Shown piece after piece: positions 38,607-48,269 of a DNA stretch of 64,000 nucleotides. The notes under the pieces were generated by a model. It was not told the origin of the DNA. It searched no databases and was given only the letters and a program-made list of their open reading frames with translations. Within the stretch, counting starts at the first letter, position 1. Each line of letters starts with the position of its first letter. Source of the stretch: Bacteroidales bacterium. Its GTDB lineage: Bacteria > Bacteroidota > Bacteroidia > Bacteroidales > VadinHA17. A program made the translations under genes and the position numbers. The stretch is taken from assembly GCA_024763075.1 (NCBI GenBank), contig JANTGF010000008.1, positions 15,531 through 79,530 on the forward strand. Direction: 5' to 3'.

Positions 38607-40427
38607 ATGAAAAAGCATTCATTTTTCCTGGCAAGCATTTTTCTACTGGTGTTTTCTTCTTCATTGGTTTTTGCAAAAGGCAGCAAAACCAAAGAACTGA
38701 CAGTTCATAAATTTGAACTGGCTTACCCCTGCCCTGCCATACCCTTTTATCATTTTATTGCTGAACTGGAGTTGCCACAGGCTTCTATTATCGAAGTGGA
38801 AACTGCTGTAAATGGTCAGCTTTTGCGGTTTACCGATCTGCATAAGGAAAATGAAATTACCGATATGAGCAGACCTGCTTTAAGCCACCGGCCACCCTCG
38901 GGATATGGCTTGTCTCAGGATGGAACACTTTATAAAAACCCTCATATTGTAGGGTGGTTCAAATGGGAACCGGATGAAAATTATAAAGTGACCATAAAAG
39001 TCAGGGTTAAGAAAAATATTCATGCCTCAAACGAAGATACTTTTTTAACAACTACAAAAACTTTAACGGCTCCCTCCGGTACTCCGGTCTTTGATAAGGA
39101 ATGGAAGAACTACAAATCAATCGTTTTATCAGAAACAGCCGGACTGGACAGAAAATCAGAACCGGTAGAGGTTTTGCTTCCTTTCTACCCGGATGAAGCC
39201 CAGCATCTAAAACGTGAGATCAGAGTGGTTTCGGTTGATCCGGAAACTCATGTATTAACAGAAGTACCCAGCCAGGTATACAATATTATGAAATACATGA
39301 AAGAGGATGATCTTGATCCGGATGCGAACGGAAATCCCACCCGGGAAATTCCTTTCTGGATGCCAACGGTTACTGCACGTGTTGCATTTCTTGCTGATGT
39401 TCCGGCAAACACAAGCAAGGTTTTTCTGGTTTATTATAATAATGAAAATGCCCTTGCCAAAATGTACGAAACCGATCTCAGAGTACAAGGAGAAGCACCG
39501 GGTTTAAGAATTGACAACAACAAGTATTCGATTGTATTGCACCCCAACTCCGGTCACCTGGATCAGATCACATTGAAAACCAAACCACAGGCACCATTGT
39601 TCCACAGAATGGAAACAAACGGGGCTATCCATTGGAATCCGGGCGTTTATGTTCCTCCCCGGCCATGGACCCATACCGCTGACTGGAAACCACCTGAAAA
39701 TGTAAAATTTATGGCCGGTCCGGTTATTTCTACTGCTGAGATGTGGGGAAATCTAAGGGAACTTCCGGAAGTAGATGCTTCTGTGCGCTATGAGTTTTTC
39801 CCTGGACTGCCGTATTTTCTCAGTTCAACAAGCATGAGAATTAATAAAAGAGTGGATTGCATTGCATTAAGAAACGGCGAAATTGTTTTCAAACGGGAAT
39901 TGATGACCCATGCTGCATGGTATGACGCCATTTCCGATAGTATTATCGTATATAATGTAGCCGAAATGCCTGACCTTGCAGACCTTTTCCTGCAGGCAGA
40001 TGTTCCATGGATTACTTTTTATAACGAAGAAACCGGAATTGGTTTTTGTGGCATTCAGTTGAATTATTCCAATGCAGGACTTGAATCCAGAGCACGGTTG
40101 CTTAATCCATATATGTATATCACAGCTGGTCCTTGGATCTATTGGGCCCGTGCCTTGTCATTAAGTTTTCTGGCTTCAAATATGCAACAGGTAATACCCG
40201 CCCTTGAAGGAAATTTCTTTGCCGAAAAATGGGCCTATCTTACTTATGAGACAGATAAGGGGGATAAACCATATAAACCGGTCTTTTATTGGCAAAAACG
40301 CTTAAAAAACCCTCTGCGAATACGTTTGGTTGAGGAGGTCGATGAAAGAGTATCACGAACTGTGAATGAAATCTTTATTGATGAGGGGAAAAGCGGTTGG
40401 GAAAACCGGGAGACCAGTAAACATTAA
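38607..40427 (+). CDS. Secreted protein, unrecognised family (possibly DUF4861-like core)
   Basis: 606 aa with an SPI signal peptide. The segment RKSEPVEVLLPF...IRVVSVDPETHVLTEVPSQVY...SKVFLVYYN resembles the DUF4861 pattern found in Bacteroidota glycan loci. Tentative. Confidence 0.7.
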   Translation: MKKHSFFLASIFLLVFSSSLVFAKGSKTKELTVHKFELAYPCPAIPFYHFIAELELPQASIIEVETAVNGQLLRFTDLHKENEITDMSRPALSHRPPSGYGLSQDGTLYKNPHIVGWFKWEPDENYKVTIKVRVKKNIHASNEDTFLTTTKTLTAPSGTPVFDKEWKNYKSIVLSETAGLDRKSEPVEVLLPFYPDEAQHLKREIRVVSVDPETHVLTEVPSQVYNIMKYMKEDDLDPDANGNPTREIPFWMPTVTARVAFLADVPANTSKVFLVYYNNENALAKMYETDLRVQGEAPGLRIDNNKYSIVLHPNSGHLDQITLKTKPQAPLFHRMETNGAIHWNPGVYVPPRPWTHTADWKPPENVKFMAGPVISTAEMWGNLRELPEVDASVRYEFFPGLPYFLSSTSMRINKRVDCIALRNGEIVFKRELMTHAAWYDAISDSIIVYNVAEMPDLADLFLQADVPWITFYNEETGIGFCGIQLNYSNAGLESRARLLNPYMYITAGPWIYWARALSLSFLASNMQQVIPALEGNFFAEKWAYLTYETDKGDKPYKPVFYWQKRLKNPLRIRLVEEVDERVSRTVNEIFIDEGKSGWENRETSKH

Positions 40428-40645
40428 TAAACTCTACGTGTTTAGATCCTTTTCTGATAATTGGTTTTGTATTTTACAATTATCCGGTAAGATTACTTTG
40501 TGAGGTAAAATATTGTATTTACACAGAGTGATTTTAATGTATTTCATGGAAGATGGTAAATATAACTGATTGTATGGCTATTTGTACTTCAAAGGATCAA
40601 TGACTGATTGCCTGAGCTTTTGATGGAATAAAACCTGATGAAAAA

Positions 40646-40679
40646 GAAATGCCGCTTAACGAAAACTAAGCGGCATTTC
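40646..40679. terminator. Bidirectional intrinsic terminator hairpin between convergent genes
   Basis: 13-bp perfect stem gaaatgccgctta (40646-40658) / taagcggcatttc (40667-40679) with loop acgaaaac, flanked by A-runs upstream and on the opposite strand. Lies between the stop at 40427 (+) and the susD stop at 40707 (-). Confidence 0.7.
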
Positions 40680-40706
40680 AAATAATTGTAAGCTTATTTT
40701 AAGCTC

Positions 40707-42272
40707 TTAAAAGTTAGGACCACCTGTATCCCACCACAAATGAGTACCAATTTCGTCAGGTCCTCCAAGTTTGGTAGTAGCATCAGCAACTCCATCCGGA
40801 TTGTTATTCCTTTCATTATTAATAAAAGGCATCCTTCTCAGGAAATCATCCATTGGAATAACACCCCAGTCGGCATTACTGTCGTTTTTGGTATTATAGG
40901 GTAATTTTGGATAACCAGTCCTGCGATGGTCAACCCAGGCTTCCAGCGAATTTGTAAAATTGTTGATCCATTTTTGAGTGATAATCTTTTCCAGTTTCCG
41001 TTCATCACTGTCAGCATCATCCCATGCAACAGTTATATCCGAACGACTGGTCCAGTTATTCCTATCATCTTTTGGATCTACATAGTCAAGAGGTGTACTT
41101 GTATTGTCGGCCAGATATGCATCCACACCACCTGCGCCCCAGTCAGCAAATGAAGCTTTTACTCCTTCTTCATAATTTGTTTTAGCATCACCTGCCCCGG
41201 CCCAGCCTCTTAAAGCAGCTTCAGCTTTCAGAAGAGAGACTTCTGAATAGGTAAAAAATCTTCTGGACGTAACAGACTTAAACCCCTCGCTTACAGTTGA
41301 ATAGGTTAATCTTTGGTCTTTTGCATCGAGGAAAGCACCACTGTGAACTCCCTTATATGGCCAATCAGGATGATCGGGATAAAGTGTATTGTCAGCAGCA
41401 GGTTCAAAGTAACTGGCAACCCTGTTATCTTTCAATCCCACTAAAAACGATTCCATTGCTGCTCCCATACGGGTATCACCCCATTCGAAACAGATTACGT
41501 TCATAGGTAATTTTGCCCCATAAAGCGAAACATTAAAGTTTTCGCTATTTGAAGAAATTAATCCACCAGGATCACTTAAAGCTTTTTCACCCTGGGTTTT
41601 TGCAAGTGCCGGATCAACTTTAGAAAGCCTCATAGCCAATCTTAAACGCTCTGAGTTTATCAGTTTGATCCACATTTTAATGTCGCCATTATAGCTGGCA
41701 TCAAACTTTGTTAAACCTTTGTAATCTGTATTCGCAGCAAACACTGCCTGTATGGCATCAAGATCTGCAAAAAAGCTATTGTAAAGATCAGATTCTTTAT
41801 CATACATATTAGCCTGGCCCGATACACCATAGTTTGAATAGATAATAGGTCCGTGATAAGCCGTAAGTTTTGAAGCACCGAGTACCTGCATTAATTTTGC
41901 CCATGCAGAGAATACATCATAGCCTCCCTCATCAGCCTGTTTAATAACCTGTGCTGCAGGAGACATTACCCTACCGTAGATTCTGTTCCAAAAAACATTC
42001 CATCTGATGTAATATGTAGTGTTATTTACTCCACCAACAAAAGGTGTAGGAGTTCCCAAGTGACGTACCCAATTATCGTGACAAAGGTCTTCTTCAATCT
42101 GGTGACCAAATAAATTGCTCATCAATGACTGAAACGGAGAACCAAGCCTGTTAAAGTCCTGATCCAGTTCTTCGTCTGAAATTAGATAATGATTTCTGTT
42201 TGCATCCTCGAAATTTTTAGTACAAGACAAAAATCCGAGAGTGAATATTAAAACGAAAAATATTTTTTTCAT
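40707..42272 (-). CDS. susD: SusD/RagB-family nutrient-binding outer-membrane lipoprotein
   Basis: Lipobox LGFLSC, 521 aa, immediately downstream of susC (12-nt gap). TPR-like helical pattern with a C-terminal W...GGPNF-type ending. Confidence 0.85.
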   Translation of the reverse strand: MKKIFFVLIFTLGFLSCTKNFEDANRNHYLISDEELDQDFNRLGSPFQSLMSNLFGHQIEEDLCHDNWVRHLGTPTPFVGGVNNTTYYIRWNVFWNRIYGRVMSPAAQVIKQADEGGYDVFSAWAKLMQVLGASKLTAYHGPIIYSNYGVSGQANMYDKESDLYNSFFADLDAIQAVFAANTDYKGLTKFDASYNGDIKMWIKLINSERLRLAMRLSKVDPALAKTQGEKALSDPGGLISSNSENFNVSLYGAKLPMNVICFEWGDTRMGAAMESFLVGLKDNRVASYFEPAADNTLYPDHPDWPYKGVHSGAFLDAKDQRLTYSTVSEGFKSVTSRRFFTYSEVSLLKAEAALRGWAGAGDAKTNYEEGVKASFADWGAGGVDAYLADNTSTPLDYVDPKDDRNNWTSRSDITVAWDDADSDERKLEKIITQKWINNFTNSLEAWVDHRRTGYPKLPYNTKNDSNADWGVIPMDDFLRRMPFINNERNNNPDGVADATTKLGGPDEIGTHLWWDTGGPNF

Positions 42273-42284
42273 AATTAATCAATT

Positions 42285-45200
42285 TTAGAATGTTACTTTT
42301 ATATTAAAACCATAAGTCCTCGTTGCCGGTAAGTTGAAGTTGTCGAGAGACTGAGAACTCATTGTGGTATTCATTGCTAACTCCGGATCGTATGGCGCTT
42401 TCTTGTAAAATAGAAATAGATTCTGTCCAACAAGAGAAACGGATAGTCCACCAATTTTCTTAACATTAAAATCGTAGGCAATGGATAACTGGCTTAACCT
42501 TATATTGGTTCTGTCATAAACGTAAGGTTCAATAATACCGTTTCTACCTCCGGTACCACCTCCTTCTGCATATAAATCAAAAGCAGAAATCTGGGTAACA
42601 GGAGTTGTTCCCTGAATCGCGTTGATTTCAACATATCCTTTATCCCTTCCTTCACCACTTCTTTTACTAACTCCCCATCCGTCTAACATAGATTCTGTCT
42701 GGCTGACGGCTATACCTCCAAATTTTCCTGAAATAAGAAGACTAATATTAATACGGCCAACCTGAATGTTGTTGTTCCATCCGAGGATCCAGTTCGGTTC
42801 AAGATTTCCAAGATATTCCCGTTTTTGAGTTTTCAATGGCCTGCCGCTGTTCTCATCAAGTATAATCTGACCAGCATCATTTTTTCTGAATTTATAGCCA
42901 TACATATCCCCATAGGAACCTCCTGCTTCAAGGTAGGTCCGATATCCTTCCGAACTACCCATTTGAATTTGACGTTCAGGATTATCCGGATCCAATTCAA
43001 TTATTTCATTGTTATTTTTAGAAAAGTTAAATGCAGTTTTCCAGGATACGGAAGTGCTCTGTACCGGTATTGCATCCAGAGTTATCTCAACTCCTTTGTT
43101 TACAATTTTACCAACGTTAATATTCTTGGTTTGATACAAACCCTGTTCTTCAGGTGGTAAACTTACTGTAAGAAACTGATTGGTACTAACATTGTTATAA
43201 TAGGTAAAATCAAAACCAAGTCTTCCCTTAAATAGTTTAAACTCAAGACCAAGCTCATTACTTGTGATAAGCTCCGGCTTAAGATCGGTCCAGGGTTGCC
43301 TGGTGTTTCTATTGATACCACCTAAAGATCCCGATATAGAGTGATCAGAACGTATTGCATTCCATGGCACTTCTTTTGCTGCCTGGGCACTTGAGCCCCG
43401 AATTTTCAGAAATGGAATAAACTCGGGCAAATTAAATACATTGCTTAAAATAGCCACAAGACCTACTGAAGGATAGAAATACGAAGGACCATCTTCTGTA
43501 CCTATAAGGGTTGATGACCAGTCGTTACGTCCCGAAAGATCAACAAAAAACATTTCATTATATCCTAAATTTACACTACCAAAAACCGACTGTGTAATAG
43601 TTTCCCCACCATATTCACTAATCACGACATTTGTAGGATAATTCTGGGTTGAAAAAACATTAGGATAAAGCAAGTTGTTGGTTCCATTGTTGCCTCCCAT
43701 TCCATTCCAACTATGCTTACTATAACTTGAACCCACAAATGCTGTAAGATCTAACTTACCAAAAGTATTATTGTACTTTAATAAAGCATCAGCATAGAGC
43801 TTGGAGTCAGTTCTGTTAGAGAATACATACCTTCCGTTTTGGGATACATTGGTAACGTTTGACCCTGCATTATCCTTTTCGTTAAAGTTAAATCCAACAT
43901 AATCATATGTTCCCCTGGCCATAAAAGATAAATTATCGGTAATATCGTAACTTGCAGATACGTTGGCAATCATTCTTTTAATTTGCTCTTCCTTAGGCTG
44001 CATATTGACTATCCAGTACGGATTACTCAGGTGATGATCAACAACATACACGTTTTGAAGGTACATATTCCTTGTTTCATCAAAATATTTGTAATTTTCC
44101 TTATAGTCCTGCCAGTCTCTTTCACGTGGAAAATTATATAAACCGGTCAAAGGATTAAGATAATAACCGGCAGCATTACGATTTTTCACTTTCTCAGTAG
44201 AAAGTATAACATTTGAACCCAATGTTAATTTATCGTTAAAAAGTTTGGTTGATTGCTTGAAGGTTAAGTTATTCTTTCCGTATGTGTTATTTGGAACAAT
44301 ACCCTTTGAGGAAGTATTGGCGTAAGAAAAATATGCTGTAGTTCTATTATTTCCACCGCTTACAGTAACACTATTAATCAAATTATTTCCGGTCTGGAAA
44401 AAATCTTTCATCATAGCCTCCGTGTATTTGGTTCCCCCTTTGGTATCCGACCAACTTTCCTTTGCTCCGTTTACTGCACCATAATCAAACTGCAACTCAG
44501 GATAAATAAGAACACTCTCAAATGTTGTTGTTGAGCTCAGGGATACCCTTGCTTTGCCTGCTTCTCCACTTTTGGTTGTAATTAGCACTACTCCGTTAGC
44601 GCCCTGACTACCGTAAAGAATGGATGCGTTTAATCCTTTCAAAACGTTAATGCTTTGAATATCATCCGGATTCAATTGCGATAGACCATCGCCCTGATCA
44701 GTTCCACCCCACATTCCGGGCTGTCCCCGCTTGATGTTCATTACGGGTATACCATCAATAACATATAGTGGCTCACTGGTACCGCCTAATGATTTGAATC
44801 CTCTTAAAAGAACCCTGGTAGAACCCCCGGCTCCCGATGAACTTTTCTTAATTTCGAGTCCAGCAGCTTTACCACTCAAGGCTTCCATAAAGTTGGCGCC
44901 TTTGGCTTTTAGTAACTCATCACCCGAAACCTGCTGAGATGCGTATGTCAGCGTTTTTTTATCGCGGGAAATACCCAGAGCAGTTACAACTACCTCATCA
45001 AGTTGCTTAGTGTCAACTTCCAGCACAGCATCATAAGTATCTGCACTTGTAATTTCCGTTTGTAGCGTTTTCATTCCAACAAACGAAAAATTCAAATACT
45101 TTGCATCAGGTGGTACAGATAAAACATATGTACCATCTACAGAAGTAATGGTACCGATAGTAGTACCTTCTACTGTTACGGTAACCCCGGGTAACGGTTG

Positions 45201-45308
45201 TCCGTCCTCACTTGAAGTTACCACTCCTTTAAGAGTCCGGTTTTGTGCAAACACTCCGATAATGAGTGCAAAAAACAAAACCAAGGTCATTACAAGATTT
45301 TTTTTCAT
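42285..45308 (-). CDS. susC: SusC/RagA-family TonB-dependent transporter
   Basis: 1007 aa. N-terminal carboxypeptidase-regulatory-like domain (GVVTSSEDGQPLPGVTVTVEGT), TonB box DEVVVTALG, plug, and a 22-strand barrel ending ...YGFNIKVTF. No STN signalling domain is visible between the signal peptide and the CarbopepD_reg-like domain. Confidence 0.95.
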   Translation of the reverse strand: MKKNLVMTLVLFFALIIGVFAQNRTLKGVVTSSEDGQPLPGVTVTVEGTTIGTITSVDGTYVLSVPPDAKYLNFSFVGMKTLQTEITSADTYDAVLEVDTKQLDEVVVTALGISRDKKTLTYASQQVSGDELLKAKGANFMEALSGKAAGLEIKKSSSGAGGSTRVLLRGFKSLGGTSEPLYVIDGIPVMNIKRGQPGMWGGTDQGDGLSQLNPDDIQSINVLKGLNASILYGSQGANGVVLITTKSGEAGKARVSLSSTTTFESVLIYPELQFDYGAVNGAKESWSDTKGGTKYTEAMMKDFFQTGNNLINSVTVSGGNNRTTAYFSYANTSSKGIVPNNTYGKNNLTFKQSTKLFNDKLTLGSNVILSTEKVKNRNAAGYYLNPLTGLYNFPRERDWQDYKENYKYFDETRNMYLQNVYVVDHHLSNPYWIVNMQPKEEQIKRMIANVSASYDITDNLSFMARGTYDYVGFNFNEKDNAGSNVTNVSQNGRYVFSNRTDSKLYADALLKYNNTFGKLDLTAFVGSSYSKHSWNGMGGNNGTNNLLYPNVFSTQNYPTNVVISEYGGETITQSVFGSVNLGYNEMFFVDLSGRNDWSSTLIGTEDGPSYFYPSVGLVAILSNVFNLPEFIPFLKIRGSSAQAAKEVPWNAIRSDHSISGSLGGINRNTRQPWTDLKPELITSNELGLEFKLFKGRLGFDFTYYNNVSTNQFLTVSLPPEEQGLYQTKNINVGKIVNKGVEITLDAIPVQSTSVSWKTAFNFSKNNNEIIELDPDNPERQIQMGSSEGYRTYLEAGGSYGDMYGYKFRKNDAGQIILDENSGRPLKTQKREYLGNLEPNWILGWNNNIQVGRINISLLISGKFGGIAVSQTESMLDGWGVSKRSGEGRDKGYVEINAIQGTTPVTQISAFDLYAEGGGTGGRNGIIEPYVYDRTNIRLSQLSIAYDFNVKKIGGLSVSLVGQNLFLFYKKAPYDPELAMNTTMSSQSLDNFNLPATRTYGFNIKVTF

Positions 45309-45747
45309 AAAAATTTAATTTAGGTGTTAAAAAAGGATAACAATTAGTAATTCAGGACGATTTTATAAAAAAAAAACACAAAAAACAATTTTTACTGATC
45401 AAAATTTCTAAAAGGAATGATCAGAATTTGTTGTAAATATTTAAAAAAAACATACATGTAATTAGCTATATACTTCAATAATAAGTTTTGTTATTTATTT
45501 CTAATCAAGATATTACACACATTTTACCGGGGCTTTAAGAAAAATACTTCCCTATTTTATGATGTGAGCTATATTTTTTCTAAAAATAAATATAATTTAG
45601 AATGATTCTAAATAAAAAAGAAGGAAGATATTGCATTTAAGCTGAAATAGCATTCGCTTTTAAACAACAATAAGGAATGATTTATAAAATATCACCTGTA
45701 CATCAGGTCATTAGCACAAAAGATATCACATGAAAAATCCATGACGG

Positions 45748-45933
45748 TCTAAAGACACACAGCTTAATGATTATATTCGCGGAAATCTAAAATTAAAAGA
45801 GATTACACATAAAGCAATGGAGAGTACAGGTGTTTACCGGAAACCCTTGTACAACATTATGAAAAAGGATTTAGAAAAAGTATATTTAGTTATGCTTCAA
45901 ACAAATACAAAATTACAAACAGATGAAATCTAA
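45748..45933 (+). pseudogene. Relic of an IS110-family transposase (N-terminal DEDD domain fragment)
   Basis: Translation SKDTQLNDYIRGNLKLKEITHKAMESTGVYRKPLYNIMKKDLEKVYLVMLQTNTKLQTDEI* resembles the IS110 core ...ITHVAMESTGVYWKPVYNIL...V.LVNA.H.KN.PGRKTD. There is an in-frame TGA immediately upstream and stops downstream, and no intact ORF. Confidence 0.5.
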
Positions 45934-46092
45934 AACCGGACCGAATTATAGAATCGCTCAATTTAGGTATGAAATAACAAAGCCTTAAACCTTCTTCTTC
46001 CTGGCTTGGTTTTTCCTTGATTCTTCAAATATTATATGGTAACTTGCAACAAATAAACTATCCCTTTTATAATTTACTCAAGTCGTTTTGTT

Positions 46093-47730
46093 ATGAAATT
46101 AATAACATTTTATTCTTCCGTCATTTTATTGCTTTTTTCCCTGAATAATTTTGCTACAAATAATATTGGAATCTGGATGAAGTTTGAAAAAGAATTTATC
46201 AGCAGCAAAAGCTATAATAACCCTCTTTATGATGTTAAGAAATTTAATATCAGGTTTATTTCCCCTTCAGGACGTATTAAACAGATTAATGGCTTTTGGG
46301 ACGGGGATAAAAGCTGGAAGGTACGTTTTTGTCCTGATGAAATTGGCTTATGGTCATTCAATACAGAATGCTCAGATAAAGAAAATACAGGTTTACATCA
46401 TCAGGAGGGTAATTTTAATTGTTTGCCCAATAAAAGCAATTATGAAATTTACAAAAAAGGCGTCATTATTCGTCCAAAAGGGGAGTATTATCTTAGCTAT
46501 TCCGATGGGACCCCTTTTTTCTGGGTGGCGTGTACAGCCTGGAATGGTGCGTTAAGGTCAACGGATGAAGAATGGGAAACTTACTTAAAAAACCGTAAAG
46601 ACAATGGCTATAGCGTTATTCAGTTTGTTACAACCCAATGGCGAGGATGTGAGACCAATAGCCTGGGCCAGGTCGCTTTCACAGGTTCCGGAAAAATTGA
46701 AGTAAATCCGGAATTTTTTCAACATCTGGATAAAAAAATTGATCGTATTAATGCACATGGACTGGTTGCTGCTCCCGTTTTACTTTGGGCGCTGCCTTTT
46801 GGCAAGGGACGTGAGCTAAGTCCGGGGTACTATTTACCCCAGAATGAAGCCATATTACTGGCTAAATATATCGTAGCTCGTTATGGTGGAAATCATGTTG
46901 CCTGGATTTTAGGAGGAGATGGAAGGTATGTCGATGAATATGAACAACGTTGGAAAAACATTGGCAGAGGGGTTTTTGGAAAAGAGCATTCCGGAGTTGT
47001 CGCACAACATCCTCATGGCAGATTATGGATTGGCAAAGAATATACTGAAGAAGACTGGTTAGATATTATAGGATATCAATCGAGCCACAGTAATGAAAAA
47101 GGAACAGTTGATTGGATAAATAAAGGCCCTATGTCAAAAGACTGGGATAAGATACCGGCAAAACCAATCATTAACCTTGAACCTAATTATGAGGAAATCG
47201 GATTTAGAATATCTGCTATTGATGTTCGAAATGCATCTTATTGGAGTCTGTTAGCAACACCTACAGCCGGAATAACATACGGTGCAAACGGAATATGGCC
47301 CTGGCTGCGAAGCAGGGATGAACAGATTCAAAATCATGAAAGCTTAACCGGATACTCCCCCTGGTTTGAGAGTATTAATTTACCGGGCAGCAGACAAATT
47401 GGATACCTTGCAAAATTCTTCAAAACAATAGACTGGTGGAATTTACGACCAGCACAGGAGATCCTGGCTGAACAACCGGGCGATTATATTTTCAATCATT
47501 TTATAGCTATTTCTAAAACCACAAATAATGACCTGATTGTTGCTTATCTTCCTGTTCAGTCCACAATTAAATTATATAATCCATCTGGCATTGTATATAT
47601 AGGAAAATGGTTTGATCCTGTGGAAAACAGCTATTCAAAAGCAATAATTGAAAATAAAAATGGCAGAATAACAGCTACTTCTGATAAAGAGTCTGATATG
47701 ATTTTAGTACTCCGGAAAAAGAAAAAATAG
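46093..47730 (+). CDS. GH140-like glycoside hydrolase (DUF5060 N-domain plus DUF4038 apiosidase-like TIM barrel)
   Basis: Signal peptide. FEKEF.S...YNNPLYDV...GFWDGDKSWKVRFCPDEIGLWSF (DUF5060 pattern). LSYSDGTPFFWVACTAWNG...EEWETYLKNRKDNGYSVIQF (DUF4038 pattern). Confidence 0.75.
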   Translation: MKLITFYSSVILLLFSLNNFATNNIGIWMKFEKEFISSKSYNNPLYDVKKFNIRFISPSGRIKQINGFWDGDKSWKVRFCPDEIGLWSFNTECSDKENTGLHHQEGNFNCLPNKSNYEIYKKGVIIRPKGEYYLSYSDGTPFFWVACTAWNGALRSTDEEWETYLKNRKDNGYSVIQFVTTQWRGCETNSLGQVAFTGSGKIEVNPEFFQHLDKKIDRINAHGLVAAPVLLWALPFGKGRELSPGYYLPQNEAILLAKYIVARYGGNHVAWILGGDGRYVDEYEQRWKNIGRGVFGKEHSGVVAQHPHGRLWIGKEYTEEDWLDIIGYQSSHSNEKGTVDWINKGPMSKDWDKIPAKPIINLEPNYEEIGFRISAIDVRNASYWSLLATPTAGITYGANGIWPWLRSRDEQIQNHESLTGYSPWFESINLPGSRQIGYLAKFFKTIDWWNLRPAQEILAEQPGDYIFNHFIAISKTTNNDLIVAYLPVQSTIKLYNPSGIVYIGKWFDPVENSYSKAIIENKNGRITATSDKESDMILVLRKKKK

Positions 47731-47811
47731 TATTTCAGGTGGTTAATACATAGCCTGATTTTGTTACATTTGGCCTGAAGTTAATTAAAGTTTGTCTATA
47801 AAGTCCAACTG

Positions 47812-47878
47812 CTGCGTTGTTGCTCAAAATCTAAATCCTCATCCCGATTTTCGGGGCTGCGGTTTAGATTTATCGCAG
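47812..47878. repeat. Nested inverted-repeat element in the GH140-like / SemiSWEET-like intergenic region
   Basis: Outer ctgcg (47812-47816) / cgcag (47874-47878). 9-bp aaatctaaa (47827-47835) / tttagattt (47863-47871). Inner cccga (47843-47847) / tcggg (47851-47855). Confidence 0.4.
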
Positions 47879-47980
47879 GTCTTGAATTTGAACTTTCTTG
47901 TTCAAACTCCCAACATAATGGACAGATACTAATTATGTTTTATCTTGCGATATAATTTACAGAATCAAAAACCAACAAAT

Positions 47981-48253
47981 ATGAGATTATCAAATATACC
48001 GGCTAAATATTTTGAAATTGCAGGCACAGTGGCCGGCCTTATGACTTCCGTTGTGATAAGTACTCAGGTTTACACTGAATTCAAGTCTGAAAATGCCTCC
48101 ACCATTTCACTGGTTTATGCACTTGGGTTTATGCTTATCTTTATTTTCTGGACATTTTATGGATTCAGGTTTAAAAGGGTAGCTCTTTGGTTAACCAATG
48201 GGATTGCAGTATTTGTGCAGGCAATCCTGTTGGTACTTATTTTATCAAAATAA
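47981..48253 (+). CDS. SemiSWEET-like (PQ-loop / MtN3 half-transporter) 3-TM membrane protein
   Basis: 90 aa from ATG 47981. Three hydrophobic helices, with size and topology typical of bacterial SemiSWEETs. TM1 carries ISTQVY where SemiSWEETs carry the PQ motif. Located inside a glycan-utilisation locus. Confidence 0.45.
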   Translation: MRLSNIPAKYFEIAGTVAGLMTSVVISTQVYTEFKSENASTISLVYALGFMLIFIFWTFYGFRFKRVALWLTNGIAVFVQAILLVLILSK

Positions 48254-48269
48254 TTTCAGATTTTAAAAA

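Noticed and set aside
46184-46555. 123-aa plus-strand ORF in an alternative frame of the GH140-like gene
   Set aside because: It overlaps the DUF5060 region, whose own frame carries the conserved motifs. There is no independent support for it.
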